Shown here piece by piece: positions 25,936 through 38,005 of a stretch of DNA of 64,000 nucleotides. The notes beneath the pieces are model-generated. The model saw only the letters and a program-made list of their open reading frames with translations. It searched no databases and had not been told where the DNA came from. A program made the position numbers and the translations under genes. Within the stretch, counting starts at the first letter, position 1. Each line of letters starts with the position of its first letter. Source of the stretch: Octopus vulgaris (lineage: Eukaryota); contig OX597817.1 of NCBI GenBank assembly GCA_951406725.2, forward strand, positions 158,844,001 through 158,908,000. The letters run 5' to 3'.

Positions 25936-26307
25936 ATATAACTTACTTGTTTCTCCTCTTTCCATTCCCATAGAAAGTATTTCACTTCCCAACCCTTGCA
26001 ATAAATACTTCACTCTCTAGTGAAGTTCCTCTCCAGAGTTACAACACTCTGATATTCACTCTGACCTATGCACATCTTGAAAATATAGCTTTCAGTGTGT
26101 TTAAACTGAACATTAGCCATATCGATCTCACTATTCGGGAAAGGTTAAGGCTGTTGTTTTTTGGAGTTTCTAAGCCTTGTGGTTACAGGTTTCATCCCAC
26201 TGGTGTGTGTTACAACAAGCAAGTGTCTATCTTTATATCCTTGGTCTTATATGCCCTGTAAGTGAAATTTGCTGGGCAGAAGCTGTTTAGAAGCCCATCA
26301 TATATAT

Positions 26308-26490
26308 ATAAGGAGAGTTTACAAAAAAAACAAAAGACGAAGACAGGTGGTGTACAAAAGAAACAGATATATTAGTATAACGCTCAGGAATAGAAAAAGT
26401 CTTTTATGTTTCGAGCCTACGCTCTTCTACAGAAAGGGACACAGAAAAAAACAAGGAGGGAAAAAAATGTGTGTAGTGGCTAATGATCTA
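26308..26490 (-). mobile_element. Putative Penelope-like terminal fragment in TA repeat, with hammerhead-like motif at 26401-26436
   Basis: Minus strand reads CTTT-CTGTAGA-A-GAGC-GTAG-GCTC-GAAA-CA-TA-AAAG; flanked by (TA)n. Confidence 0.45.
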
Positions 26491-27068
26491 TATATATAGT
26501 TGATGTTAGGAAAGTTATCTAACCATAGAAACCATGCCAAATCAGACTGGAATCTGATGCAGTCTTCCAGCTTGCCAGCCCTGATCAACCACCCAACCTA
26601 TGCCAGCATGGACAACAGACATTAAATGATGATGATGATGATGATGATGATATATAAAACTCTAAGAACATAATTAATAAATGACTGTGGCCTTTAAACA
26701 GTGAACTAGATGAACATATTTCTACACTTCCCCAACCAGAACATATTGTTGGCCGGTGGATGTAATTACACACGCACACACACACATACATCTAATTGTA
26801 GGGAGAAGTAGGGCAAGCGATATTTGAAGGATAAATGTATGGAAAAGGAGAATTTAAAAAAAAGTTCCGTATCTATTTGTCTGTCTGCCTGCCTGCCTGC
26901 CTGCCTGCCTACATACCTGTCTATAAGAATGTGTGTGTGAGTATGTGCATGTATACATATAAGGAAAACTTGGTATAGAAATATAAAATTGGGTAATTTA
27001 AAAAAAAAAGAGTAAGGTAGTGATGTGTGTGTCTTTTTTTTTTGTCTTCACACAGACAGATGCCTACT

Positions 27069-27204
27069 AAACCTTTAGCATGCTTAGGCACATCATGTCA
27101 CCATATGAGTTTTCTCCCCTATAGCTGCAGTCACATTGTGTCATATTGAGAAGGGAGAAAACTTGTAAGATGACATGATTCACCTACAATGTGCTAAAGG
27201 TTAA
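27069..27204. mobile_element. Short palindromic MITE (CCTTTAGCA ... TGCTAAAGG ends)
   Basis: Imperfect inverted arms including GAGTTTTCTCCC / GGGAGAAAACTT and ATCATGTCA / TGACATGAT. Confidence 0.6.
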
Positions 27205-28190
27205 TTTAATACTGTTTCAATTGTATTCACCAAGTTTTATTACAGCCCAGCATATATTCTGCAATATTAGTAATGTTTTATTCATTTTTTCCTATATAAC
27301 TGGCACAAATTTTGTTCAAGCATGTAACAAATAGGTACACATTATTGACAAGCTGCAAAAATGGTGAAATGCATTTGATGTTCCCATAAGTTACTGCTGT
27401 GATGATGTTTGATTTACTTATATATATATTGTGTTTTTAACACAGCTTGTCTATGAAGAGATTTTCTCTCAGACAAAAACTGCAGCAGCATGCCTTTCTT
27501 CAGTGTATATACATTTAGTATTATACACTGGTGGATGTTTTAATTTAATACTGTTTCATTTGCATTCACTGAGATTTTTTCACTGTATTTCATTGTTTAA
27601 ATAGCCATATGGAAACACCCTTGTAAGCCCAATCCAGTTGTGATAGAATTATGATAGTAGTGGGCAATATGGGTGGTGGTAATAGCAGTAAGGCAGTAGT
27701 AGACCAAGTAGTAGCAGAGGCGATGGTTGTGGACAGTGTGGTGATGGTAGTAGTTGGGGCAATGGTGGTGGAGCTGGTGGTAGTAGAGACAACAGTTTTG
27801 TTGAGTGAGGTGATAACAGAAGTACTAGTTGTTGTGGAAGGTAGCGGTTAACAGAATGAAGCTGTATCTCTCATGAAGATACCAGTAAAAAAATTTACTA
27901 AGTGTATAATATATTAGTTTGTGCTTCATTATCAAACCAGTTTACACAAATTATGGTATTTCTTCCTATGTATACACTTACCTTTTTTTTTTCCAATTTA
28001 TTGAATTGATCCAGTATGTATTTTTTGCGACCAGTGGTGAAGGTGTGGCTCTGTGAATAGGGGTAAGTTTGGCTGTGTGGTTAAGGAGTTTGCTTCCTAA
28101 CCACATGGTTTCAGGTTCGGTCTCACTGCCTGGTACCTTGGGCAAGTGTCTTGTGAGTAGATTTTGCTGAGAGAAACTGAAAGAAGCTTG

Positions 28191-28225
<35 letters not shown>

Positions 28226-28529
28226 AGAGAGAGAGAGACAGACAGAGAATATGCTTATGTCTCTTTGCCTTGGCCTTATGTGATAGTCATAAATGAGTGT
28301 CACTGTCATAGAAGCAGTGTCATTCATTTCCAATATTCTGTGAAAACCTACCTGGTTATGGGGAAATGTTACTTTACTTGGAAACAGGTGAGGGTTGGCA
28401 ACAGGAAGGGCATCTGGCCATAGAATATCTGCCTCCATAAGTCTCATCAGAACCCATGCAAGCATGGGAAAGTGATCATTAAAATGATGACGATGATGCA
28501 CTGTTAATTTTGTTTGTTCTTTTGACCAG

Positions 28530-28604
28530 GTGCAAAGATGCTGTGAGTATCTGGGACCAAGACTGGAGAAACACACTCCTTGATGGCCTTGCTAATGAAG
28601 ATGA
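28530..28604 (+). CDS. THADA: THADA-like exon 10 (CKDAVSIWDQDWRNTLLDGLANED)
   Basis: tttgaccag| acceptor, GA|gtaagt donor, phase 2 to 2. Confidence 0.85.
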
Positions 28605-28733
28605 GTAAGTATCACCCAGGTACTCAGCTTGACTCAATCTGTAAACATGAACTCTAATTGTTTTTCAATTTACTGAACGAAATTCTGAATAGATATTTAT
28701 TGGTATTTTTTTTCTTTTCTTTTACACCATTAG

Positions 28734-28968
28734 GCTGGTAAAACGTAATATCTGCCATTACTGGTTGCCGTCCACTCTGAAGTTCATCCCTCAGTGTGGT
28801 CAACATCTCAGCATGTTGCTGACCGGAGCTTTGAGTCCTTCCAAACATCCACAGCTGGATCTTTGTCATAAGCTGGATCTTCAATCAAAGTGGAGTCATC
28901 CTGAACTACTACACATTTGGATTATGGTCTCTCTGACAATGAGAAATCTCTCTGGTTCCATTGAATGG
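28734..28968 (+). CDS. THADA: THADA-like exon 11 (LVKRNICHYWLPSTLKFIP...GSIEW)
   Basis: cattag| acceptor, TGG|gtatgt donor, phase 2 to 0. Confidence 0.87.
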
Positions 28969-30982
28969 GTATGTATCCTCTCTCTTTCTCTTTCGTTTCT
29001 TGTTTTAATCAGTTACAAACAAGCAAAACTTGATGATGTATTTTTGTTTGGGAAGGGACACAGGAAAGTTCCATTGCAATTTTGAATTTCTGCATTTCTG
29101 TATTTTCATTAAGCTTGTCTCATTTTTCTCTCATCTTATTTTGAACCTAAAGAACATAGACATATTGTTGAAATATTGTTTAGAATTTCAATAAACAGTT
29201 GATCTGTATTTTATTACATATCCCATTATACTCTTCTAATTGTTTATTTACCTTTGTGAAGTGTTATATCAATAATGGAAATATCAATTTATAAAGTTTA
29301 AGGCAGCAAGTTCACAGTATCATTAGCACACCAGACAAACTATTTATTGGTATTTCTTCCAGCTTTACATTCTAAGTTTAACTCATATATGCCCATAAAA
29401 AAATGAAGTCTTAAAATTTCAATGTATTTAGATAAACTGTTACGTAAGCTTTCATAATCTGGAAGAGAAGGACAGTATGCAACTGTTAGGTATGGATGTC
29501 AGCTACCTACTGAATATTTCGTATGCTCAGTCAGATGTTTCCCGGCAAGTTCATGTCCAAACAAGTAGGGGCAGGTTTTGCATTGCAAAAAGGCAACCAG
29601 GGGTTTATATGGGTTTTAAATTCCTTTTAGGTTGTCTCTGTCTTCCATTTGGAGTTGATAAAATAAGTACCAGTTGAGCACTGGTGTCAGTGTTATTGAA
29701 TGGTCCCCTTCCCCAGAATTTCAGGCCTTGTGCCTATAATAGAAAGAGTCATTATTATTATTGTCACATACTGAGTTGAAATTCTGCTGAGGTTGACTTT
29801 GTCTTTCATCCTTTTGTAGATGATAAATATGTACCAGTTGATCAAGGAATTGATGTAATCAACTTGTCCCCTCCCCGAGAGTTTCAGGTGATGTGCCTAT
29901 AGTAGAAAGAATTATTATTTTTGTTGGTTTATCCAAGCATTATGATTAGTAGAAATGATAGGATTTGGACTTAAAATCTTACCAGAGTTGACTTTATTCC
30001 CCATAACTCTTGCGTTGGTAAGATGAGTACCAGTTTACTACTGGGGTTAATTCGGTGCCTTGTATACACGTGATGTTATATTTCAGCAAATACATGATGT
30101 TACACCAAAACAGAAAATCTATATTGCTTGGCACAGCCTTCCAGCTTGCCAGCCCAGTCAAACCATCCAACCCATGCCAGCATGGACAACAAGTGTTAAA
30201 TGATGATGATGATGATGATGCATGCATATATATAGGTGTGTGTGTGTGTGTGCATATGTTTATGCAGTATATAATGATGATGATGATTATGACCTTGCTT
30301 TTTAGATCTATGAAAATCTGCAATATAGCTAGAATCCAAATCAATTTGATACATAATGTTTTTAACAGCTGCAGATTCTGCTAGTTTAGTCAATATGTTT
30401 GAATATTTCTAGCTGAGAAAGAAGTGTGTGTGTGTGTGTGTGTGTGTGTGCATGCATGCATGCGTGTATGTATGTGTTCAGTAATGAATCAGCCTCTTGT
30501 GAAGGTTTCTATGGTCAATGTAATACGGAATAAATGACTCCATCCTTTATGAGGAATAACGTGTTTGACCTTTCTCCTCCTTAATTAGTCACGACTGACT
30601 CTTAAAAACTGATGACTGGACAGAAGGTTGTGTATTTTGTAGGAAGGTCATAGTTGGCTAAAATTTACTCCTGTACAGGCACGAGAATGGATGTGTGGTT
30701 TAGGAGTTTGCTCCCTAACCATCTGGTCATGGGTTCAATCCTACTACATGGCATCTTGGACAAATGTCTTCTACTACTATCCCTAGGCTAACCAAAGCCT
30801 TCTGAGTGGATTTTGGTAGTCAGAAACTGTACAAAGGCCATAATAGATGTGTATATGTGTGTATATATATAATATATATGTGTGTGTGTGTATATATATA
30901 TATGTATATATATATGAATTTTTTGCGTAATGAGATAAAAAAACCAAGGCTGTATAGATATTAGAGCATTTATAGATAGAAG

Positions 30983-31034
30983 GTCTTACAGCTGTTTCTA
31001 GGATATTAATTGATAATATCCCTTCATCGGAGAC
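30983..31034 (-). ncRNA. Mirror copy of the hammerhead-like motif
   Basis: Exact reverse complement of 31055-31106. Confidence 0.6.
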
Positions 31035-31054
31035 AGTGTGAGAGGAAAAATACT

Positions 31055-31106
31055 GTCTCCGATGAAGGGATATTATCAATTAATATCCTAGAAACAGCTG
31101 TAAGAC
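31055..31106 (+). ncRNA. Minimal type-I hammerhead ribozyme-like motif (U4C core variant)
   Basis: GTCT-CCGATGA-A-GGGATATT..AATATCCT-A-GAAA-CAGCTG-TA-AGAC: stem I GTCT/AGAC, stem II, palindromic stem III ACAGCTGT, GUA cleavage triplet. Confidence 0.6.
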
Positions 31107-31314
31107 CTTCTATCTATAAATGCTCTAATGTCTATACAGCCTTGGTTTTTTTATCTCATTACACAAAAAATTCATATATACACACGCTGACAAAGAACCA
31201 ACGTTGAACCCTTTATTCGCAATATTACAAAATCTGGAACTTAACTATGGTCTGTCTATAGCACTTATTCAGCATTACCTGACACCCTTGGGTCTCAATG
31301 ACACCATTATCTCT

Positions 31315-31358
<44 letters not shown>

Positions 31359-32244
31359 CATGTATGTATATTACTATGCATGTACATGTGTGTGTGTGCA
31401 TGTATGTGTGTATGTATATTAATATTCTGTGTTTCTCCAAAGAAATCATTGACCTGCATTTGGTGATGGTGATATTTCCTTGCAAACAAATCATGGAATT
31501 GCTTTATGCTTTTGAAGATGAGTGGAATGGAAACTCCTTTACTTGAAAAACAGGTAAACATTAGTGACAAGAAGAGGGCATTTGGCTGTAAAAGGAATGT
31601 CTCATCTAATCATCTAATGTAAAATTGAATGAACAGGCATGACTAATACCTATTTTGTTAATGCCAGAAGGTCGGAAGGTAAAGTTAATTCCAGTGGAAT
31701 TGTGAGATATAAACTCAAAATGTAAATCAACATCATCATCATTTAATGTCCACTTTTCCATGCTTATATGGATCAGACAGAATTTGTTGAGATAAATTTT
31801 CTACAGCCAGATGCTCTTCCTGTCACTAACCTTCATCTGTTTCCAAGTAACATTTCCCCATAGCCAGGCTTGTTTTTCATGGAAGAGCAGAAACAACTTC
31901 GCTTGGAGGAGGATTTACAAGCTTACAAGGGTTTACAAGTGATGTCTAGACAGGTGTATGCACATGCATATGACGGGCTTCTTTCAGTTTCCATCCACTC
32001 ACAAGTCTTTGGTCAGTCTGTAGCTGTAGTTGCCTCATAGTGGGACTGTGCCCAGGATCATATGGTTGTGAACTAAGCTCCTTAACCACACAACCATGTC
32101 TACACCAATAAACATGATATTTACCACAGCCCTTTGTTATTTTTGCCATATATACTTTAATCCTCTCGCCTTTAAACTGGCCATATCTGGCCAGTTTTGT
32201 GTTCAAACCTACTAGGTCTAGCCTCTCACATCTACCCAACAATA

Positions 32245-32625
32245 TCATCATCATCATCATCCTCGTCATCCTTTAACGTCTGCTTTCCATGCTAGCATGG
32301 GTTGGACAATTTGTCTGAGGACTGGCAAACCAGATGGCTGCGCCAGGCTCCAATCTGATCTGGCAGAGTTTCTACAGCTGGATGCCCTTCCTAACGCCAA
32401 CCACTCCGAGAGTGTAGTGGGTGCTTTTACATGCCACCTGGACGAGGGCCAGTCTGGTGGTACTGGCAATGTCCACGCTCGAAATGGTGTTTTTTATGTG
32501 CCACCTGCACAGGAGTCAGTCCATTGGTACTGGCAGCGACCTCGCTTGAATGTTTTGTTTTGGTACAAGTGCCAGTAAGGCAACACTGGTAACGATCATG
32601 CTCAAATGGTGCTTTTTACGTGCCC
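32245..32625 (-). mobile_element. RTE 3'-end repeat (family C)
   Basis: (CAT)n-TTTAACGTC...; further minus copies at ~40775-41090, 51260-51537, 54260-54600, 60400-60625. Confidence 0.8.
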
Positions 32626-33282
32626 ACCACCACAGAATTATTCTAAAAATATACAATCACATCATTGAAATCTTGAAGCTGTGAGATATTGCATGATTAA
32701 TGCAAAGCAATGTGAATAAATAAGCATTTCATTTGACAATAACCTGAGTGCTAAATGGCTAATTCAAGATCAAGTGCTTTATGATGATTTTTCATGCTGA
32801 AGCAGAGGTTAGCATCGCAGGGCCCTATGACAATCTTCAGCATTTTGCCATATCTTCTATACTCCATCCTCATCAATTATTATGTCTTAATTTTCTCCTT
32901 CATCATGTTCAGACATGTTTTTCTCAATCCTCTCCATCTTCTACTTAATTTCATATTCATGTGCATCACTCTTCTCAGCCAATCTCCTTTGTCCTTCTTC
33001 AGCAATTAAATTCAAAAGACACAAGGCCAGCAATTCAAAGAGGAGTGGGTAAGCCAATTAAATCAATTCCAGTACTTGGTTGGTACTGCATTGTATCAAG
33101 CCTGGAAGGGCGAAAGGCAAAGTTGCCCTCAGCAAGATTTGAACACAGTATATAAAGAGCCAAAATAAATAATGCAAGGCATTTTTTCTGGTACCATTTT
33201 TGTAGTAGTAGTGGTAGTGGTAGTAGAGGAGGTGGTGGTGGTGGTGGTGATTACAGCAGCAACAACTATTAATATTATTAAT

Positions 33283-33680
33283 GGCACAGGAGTGGCTGTG
33301 TGGTAAGTAGCTTGTTTACCAACCACATGGTTCCGGGTTCAGTCCCACTGCGTGGCACCTTGGGCAAGTGTCTTCTACTATAGCCTCGGGCCGACCAAAG
33401 CCTTGTGAGTGGATTTGGTAGACGGAAACTGAAAGAAGCCCGTCGTATATATATATATATATATATATATATGCGTTTGTGTGTCTGTGTTTGTCCCCCT
33501 AGCATTGCTTGACAACCGATGCTGGTGTGCTTATGTCCCCGTTACTTAGCGGTTCGGCAAAAAGAGACCGATAGAATAAGTACTGGGCTTACAAAAGAAT
33601 AAGTCCTGGGGTTGAGTTGCTCGATTAAAGGCGGTGCTCCATCATGGCCGCAGTCAAATGACTGAAACAAGTAAAAGAGT
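33283..33680 (+). mobile_element. SINE family A, young full-length copy
   Basis: Near-identical to the reverse complement of 10320-10740. Confidence 0.87.
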
Positions 33681-34352
33681 ATTCTAATTGGCTTGCCCCT
33701 CCTCTCAAATTGCTGGCCTTGTGCCAAAATAAAAAAGATCATTATTATTGTTGTTGAGACTCTATCACCCACTTAAGAAAGGTCAAAGAGGAAGTCAGTA
33801 TTCAACGATCTGAAGTGGCCTCCAAGTGAACAGACTTAAAGACATCAAATCCTTTATCTTTTACCCTATTCTTCTATAGACATGATGACTTTAATTCTTT
33901 TTGCTGTCTCATTTTCTAATTTTAGTAATTTACTCTATGTATTTTCTCATGTACAGAAATATTTGGTTGTTCTTTTTTGTTTTCCTACAAAACCCCGAAT
34001 TTTACCCATCTAAAGTATATATATATATGTATATAGTATAAGAAAAGACATTAGTTGAAAAGGTACAGGTGTGTTTGTATGGTTAAGAAGCTCACATTGC
34101 AACCACATGGTTTTGGGTTCAGTCCCACAGCACAGCACTTGGGCAAATTATATGTATATATACCTGAGCACACAAACACACACACACACATAGGGCAATA
34201 GTAGCAGACACTTGCTCAAGGTCTGCACAATAGGATTGAACCGAAGACCTCATGGTTAAGAAACTAGCTTCTTAAATACATGTACATACTCGTACCTTGT
34301 CAACTAATTTTTTTTTAATACTATATACATATACACACACACACACATATAT

Positions 34353-36840
34353 ATGACCATGTCAACACTCCTGCTTGGCGTTGTTTATCGTCCCCCAAGT
34401 TACCATCGGGACACACAGCTTTGCAATGTCCTCCGAGCTGCTGCCAGGAAAACAGCCACTTATGTGTTTATTGCAGGCGATTTCAATCATCCTGAGATCG
34501 ATTGGGAGACCCTCCATTGGCCACAGAGTGCAAACGATTTTGTTGAGCTTGTGCTGGACTCAAACTGGTCACAAGTAGTCACCTCTCCAACAAGAGGCGA
34601 CAACACCTTGGACCTGCTCTTCACCACAACTCCTGAAGCAGTTATCAATTGCACTACGGAGGAACCTCTAGGTGACTCTGATCATGCTATGATCATCGCC
34701 AATCTGGCTCTTGCGGGCAACAAAAACCTGAACCATCTCCAATCTGCTTCCTTCGATTGGAAGAGAGCAGATTGGAACCTGTACCACACTGAACTACAGC
34801 ACCCAAACTGGCGTGAATTCTACAACTCTGGAGATGTGAATACTATACTCCAGAGTATCCTGGACTCAATATGGGCAGCATGTGCAGCATCCATGCCACG
34901 TAAACAAAAAAAGAAGAACCGCCCCAAAAGGGCAATTTGGGAAATCTTCAGCGGTCCGACTTGCCAGGAGGGAACGTCGGACTGCTGAACGGGAATACAG
35001 GTTGCATAAATCAGACACCAACAGGAAGAAGCGGAATAAATCCTCCAACCATCTCAAGCAAGTGACAAAAAAAGCAGTGCTTGAATTTGAACAGTGCATA
35101 GCAGCCAATCCTGACAGCAAGGTTTTCTGGAAATATGTGCACTCAAAGCAGAGACCTCACTCTCCAGTGGGCCCTCTTCGCAACCCTCACACAAACCAGA
35201 TCACTGACGACCCCAAGGAATGCGCAGAACTCATTGCCGAGTGCTATGCAAACATATTCACTGTTGAAAGTCAAAATGTACCATCTTCACCATCACTAAC
35301 AGCAAACTCCATAACAACTATGGAATTTACACCTGCAATGCTGCGACGTCACCTTCAAAATAAGCACAACTATGCCTCCCCTGGTCTCGATGGAGTTACA
35401 TACCTGCTTCTCAAACGTGGCAGGCACTTCCTTTTACACCAGCTTTCTATTTTCTTCCAGTACTGTCTCAACAATGGTGCTACTCCGGAGCAGTGGAAAA
35501 CTGCCAGTGTCATTCCTCTGTTCAAAAAGGGCGACCGCACATCACCTGTCAACTATCGCCCAGTCAGTCTCACTAGCTGTATTGCAAAACTGATGGAATC
35601 GTGTGTCAGAGAAACACTCTGGAACTTCTGGAGCTCTCACAGTCTCATCCGACCCTCACAATATGGATTTGTCCCTAACTCCAGCTGCAGTGACCAGCTT
35701 GTCGAGTTCCTTGAGGACATTACTCAGATTACTGACAGTGGCTCATGGGTGGATGTTGTCTACCTTGACTTTGCTAAGGCTTTCAACTCTGTGCCACACA
35801 AAAGGCTTATGGTGAAACTCTCTGCAATGGGTGTGGGGGATGACCTTTTTAACTGGTTGAAATCCTTCATCCTCAGCCGAAAGGAGGTAGTCACAGTTCT
35901 AGGACAGCACTCTACACCATATGAGATGTCATCGGGTGTACCACAGGGATCTGTCCTTGGTCCCCTCTTGTTTGTGGCATACATTAACGACATAGATGCC
36001 AATTTAAAGAATGCCACAGTATTGAAATATGCAGACGACATCAAGCTGTACCTTGAAATCAAGAGGACAGATCCTGATGTCTACAACTCTTTCCTGCAAT
36101 CAGACCTAGACACAATGCAGCAATGGATCACAGACTGGCAACTGAAACTGGCTGTGGACAAGTGTACCACCATGCATTTTGGGAGAAAAAACCCTGCGTT
36201 CACATACTCCCTCCACAACACTGATATCAAGAAATCCTCTTGTGAGCGTGACCTAGGCATCACTGTCAGCAGTGATTTGCGTTGGTCAAAGCATATCTCT
36301 AAGATTGTCAGGAAGGCCGAGGGTGTCTTGGCATCACTCAGCAGGTCTTTTGTTAGCCGCTCTCCAGCCATCTATTTAAAACTGTATACAGCTATGGTAC
36401 GACCACACTTGGAATTCGCATCATCAGTTTGGAACCCCTATCTTGCACAGAACATTGACCTCCTGGAATCTGTCCAGAGACGTGCAACCAAACGCATACC
36501 CTCCATCAGACACCTACCATATTCTGAGCGCCTTGTTTCCCTGGGCATGGATTCACTGAAGCTCCGGCGTTTGGCGACGGACTTGGTAAACACCCACAAA
36601 GTTATCAACCACCTCACCAACAACAACACTGAACACCTTTTTGATCTCCATGTGTCTAACACACGTGGACATGCCTACAAAGTCAGAAAACAATACAGCT
36701 CCCATGACTTTCGGAAACATTTTTTCACGCTCAGAATTGCTGAAGCATGGAATAAACTGCCTGCATCAGTTGTTGACTGCCATGACACTGCATCTTTTAA
36801 GGCCCTCATGCTTTCCGAAATCCGCCGAAACTACACCTGA
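34353..36840 (+). pseudogene. LINE ORF2 (endonuclease-reverse transcriptase) split by one frameshift near 34941-34944
   Basis: ORFs 34353-34988 (EN) and 34882-36840 (RT) overlap; removing one A in TGG GAAA TCT fuses them (RAIWE-SSAVRL). Confidence 0.85.
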
Positions 36841-36889
36841 TTATATATACACTTTAGATGAGTTGTAGTGCACCTGAGCACTGTACACA

Positions 36890-36913
<24 letters not shown>
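34353..36913 (+). mobile_element. 5'-truncated CR1-clade LINE (APE endonuclease + RT), (TTA)n tail
   Basis: APE motifs YRPP, GDFNHP, LDLLF, SDH; RT motifs NYRPVSL, YLDFAKAF, GVPQGSVLGP, YADD; C-terminal TRGH..K..WNKLP; inserted in TA/CA repeat. Confidence 0.93.
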
Positions 36914-37262
<349 letters not shown>

Positions 37263-37424
37263 TACCGTATTTTAACGTGTATAAGGAACCCCCTAATTTT
37301 GGGGGCATAGAATTTGGAAAAAAGGTTTTGTAAAAGATTATAATACTATCCATGTATAAGAAAGTCCCATAATTTTTTAACCTAATGTTTGACAAAAAAA
37401 GGGTTCCTTATACATGTTAAAATA

Positions 37425-37428
<4 letters not shown>
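37263..37428. mobile_element. Small TA-flanked MITE (Tc1/mariner-pogo type)
   Basis: TIRs CCGTATTTTAACGTGTATAAGGAACCC / GGGTTCCTTATACATGTTAAAATATGA. Confidence 0.7.
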
Positions 37429-37463
<35 letters not shown>

Positions 37464-37502
37464 ATAAATGATGGCATCTACTATTTTCTCTCTTTTTAAC
37501 AG

Positions 37503-37596
37503 AATGAAGCTTTACTCCGTGAAGCCCTCTGTTCTGAAAGTGCTCCTTTGCGGCTTGATGCACTCACTCTTCTCTGCAGCTCTGCAAAAAAAGCTG
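37503..37596 (+). CDS. THADA: THADA-like exon 12 (NEALLREALCSESAPLRLDALTLLCSSAKKA)
   Basis: tttttaacag| acceptor, G|gtactg donor, phase 0 to 1. Confidence 0.87.
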
Positions 37597-37747
37597 GTAC
37601 TGCTTTTATATTTCTTCTGAATGGATGTATATTTGCGTGTTGTGTGCGTGTATTATACGTTGACAAGAATTGTAGTAACAGTGCCTTCAAAGTTTTACCT
37701 GCTAACCTTCTTCAGACTATCAAAAAATATTAAGTAATCCTTAACAA

Positions 37748-38005
37748 GGAGGATCGCGGTTTCGATTCCCAGACCGGGCGTTGTGTGTGTTTATTGAGCG
37801 AAAACACCTAAAAGCTCCGTGAGGCTCCGGCAGGGGGTGGTGGTGACCCCTGTTGTATTCTTTCGCCCCAACTTTCTGTCACTCTCTGTTCCTGTTTCTT
37901 GAGTAACGCTGCGATGGACTGGCGTCCTGTCCAGCTGCGGGAAGCACATACGCCACAGAAATGGGGGAACTGGACCCATGAGCCTGACTAGGCTTGAAAA
38001 GGGCG
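37748..38005 (+). mobile_element. tRNA-derived SINE family E (5'-truncated)
   Basis: GGTTTCGATTCCC B box; homologous to 49219-49415, which retains the tRNA-like head. Confidence 0.7.

Larger units (their letters stand above)
30916..31173. mobile_element. Near-perfect 122-bp inverted repeat (14-nt spacer) in TA microsatellite; Penelope-like terminal-repeat inversion
   Basis: Arms 30916-31037 and 31052-31173 differ at two positions by eye; each arm carries a hammerhead-like motif. Confidence 0.75.

Noticed and set aside
27651-27851. Val-rich ORF as an extra exon
   Set aside because: Low-complexity GTG/GTA repeat decay; exons 9 and 10 already join in phase without it.
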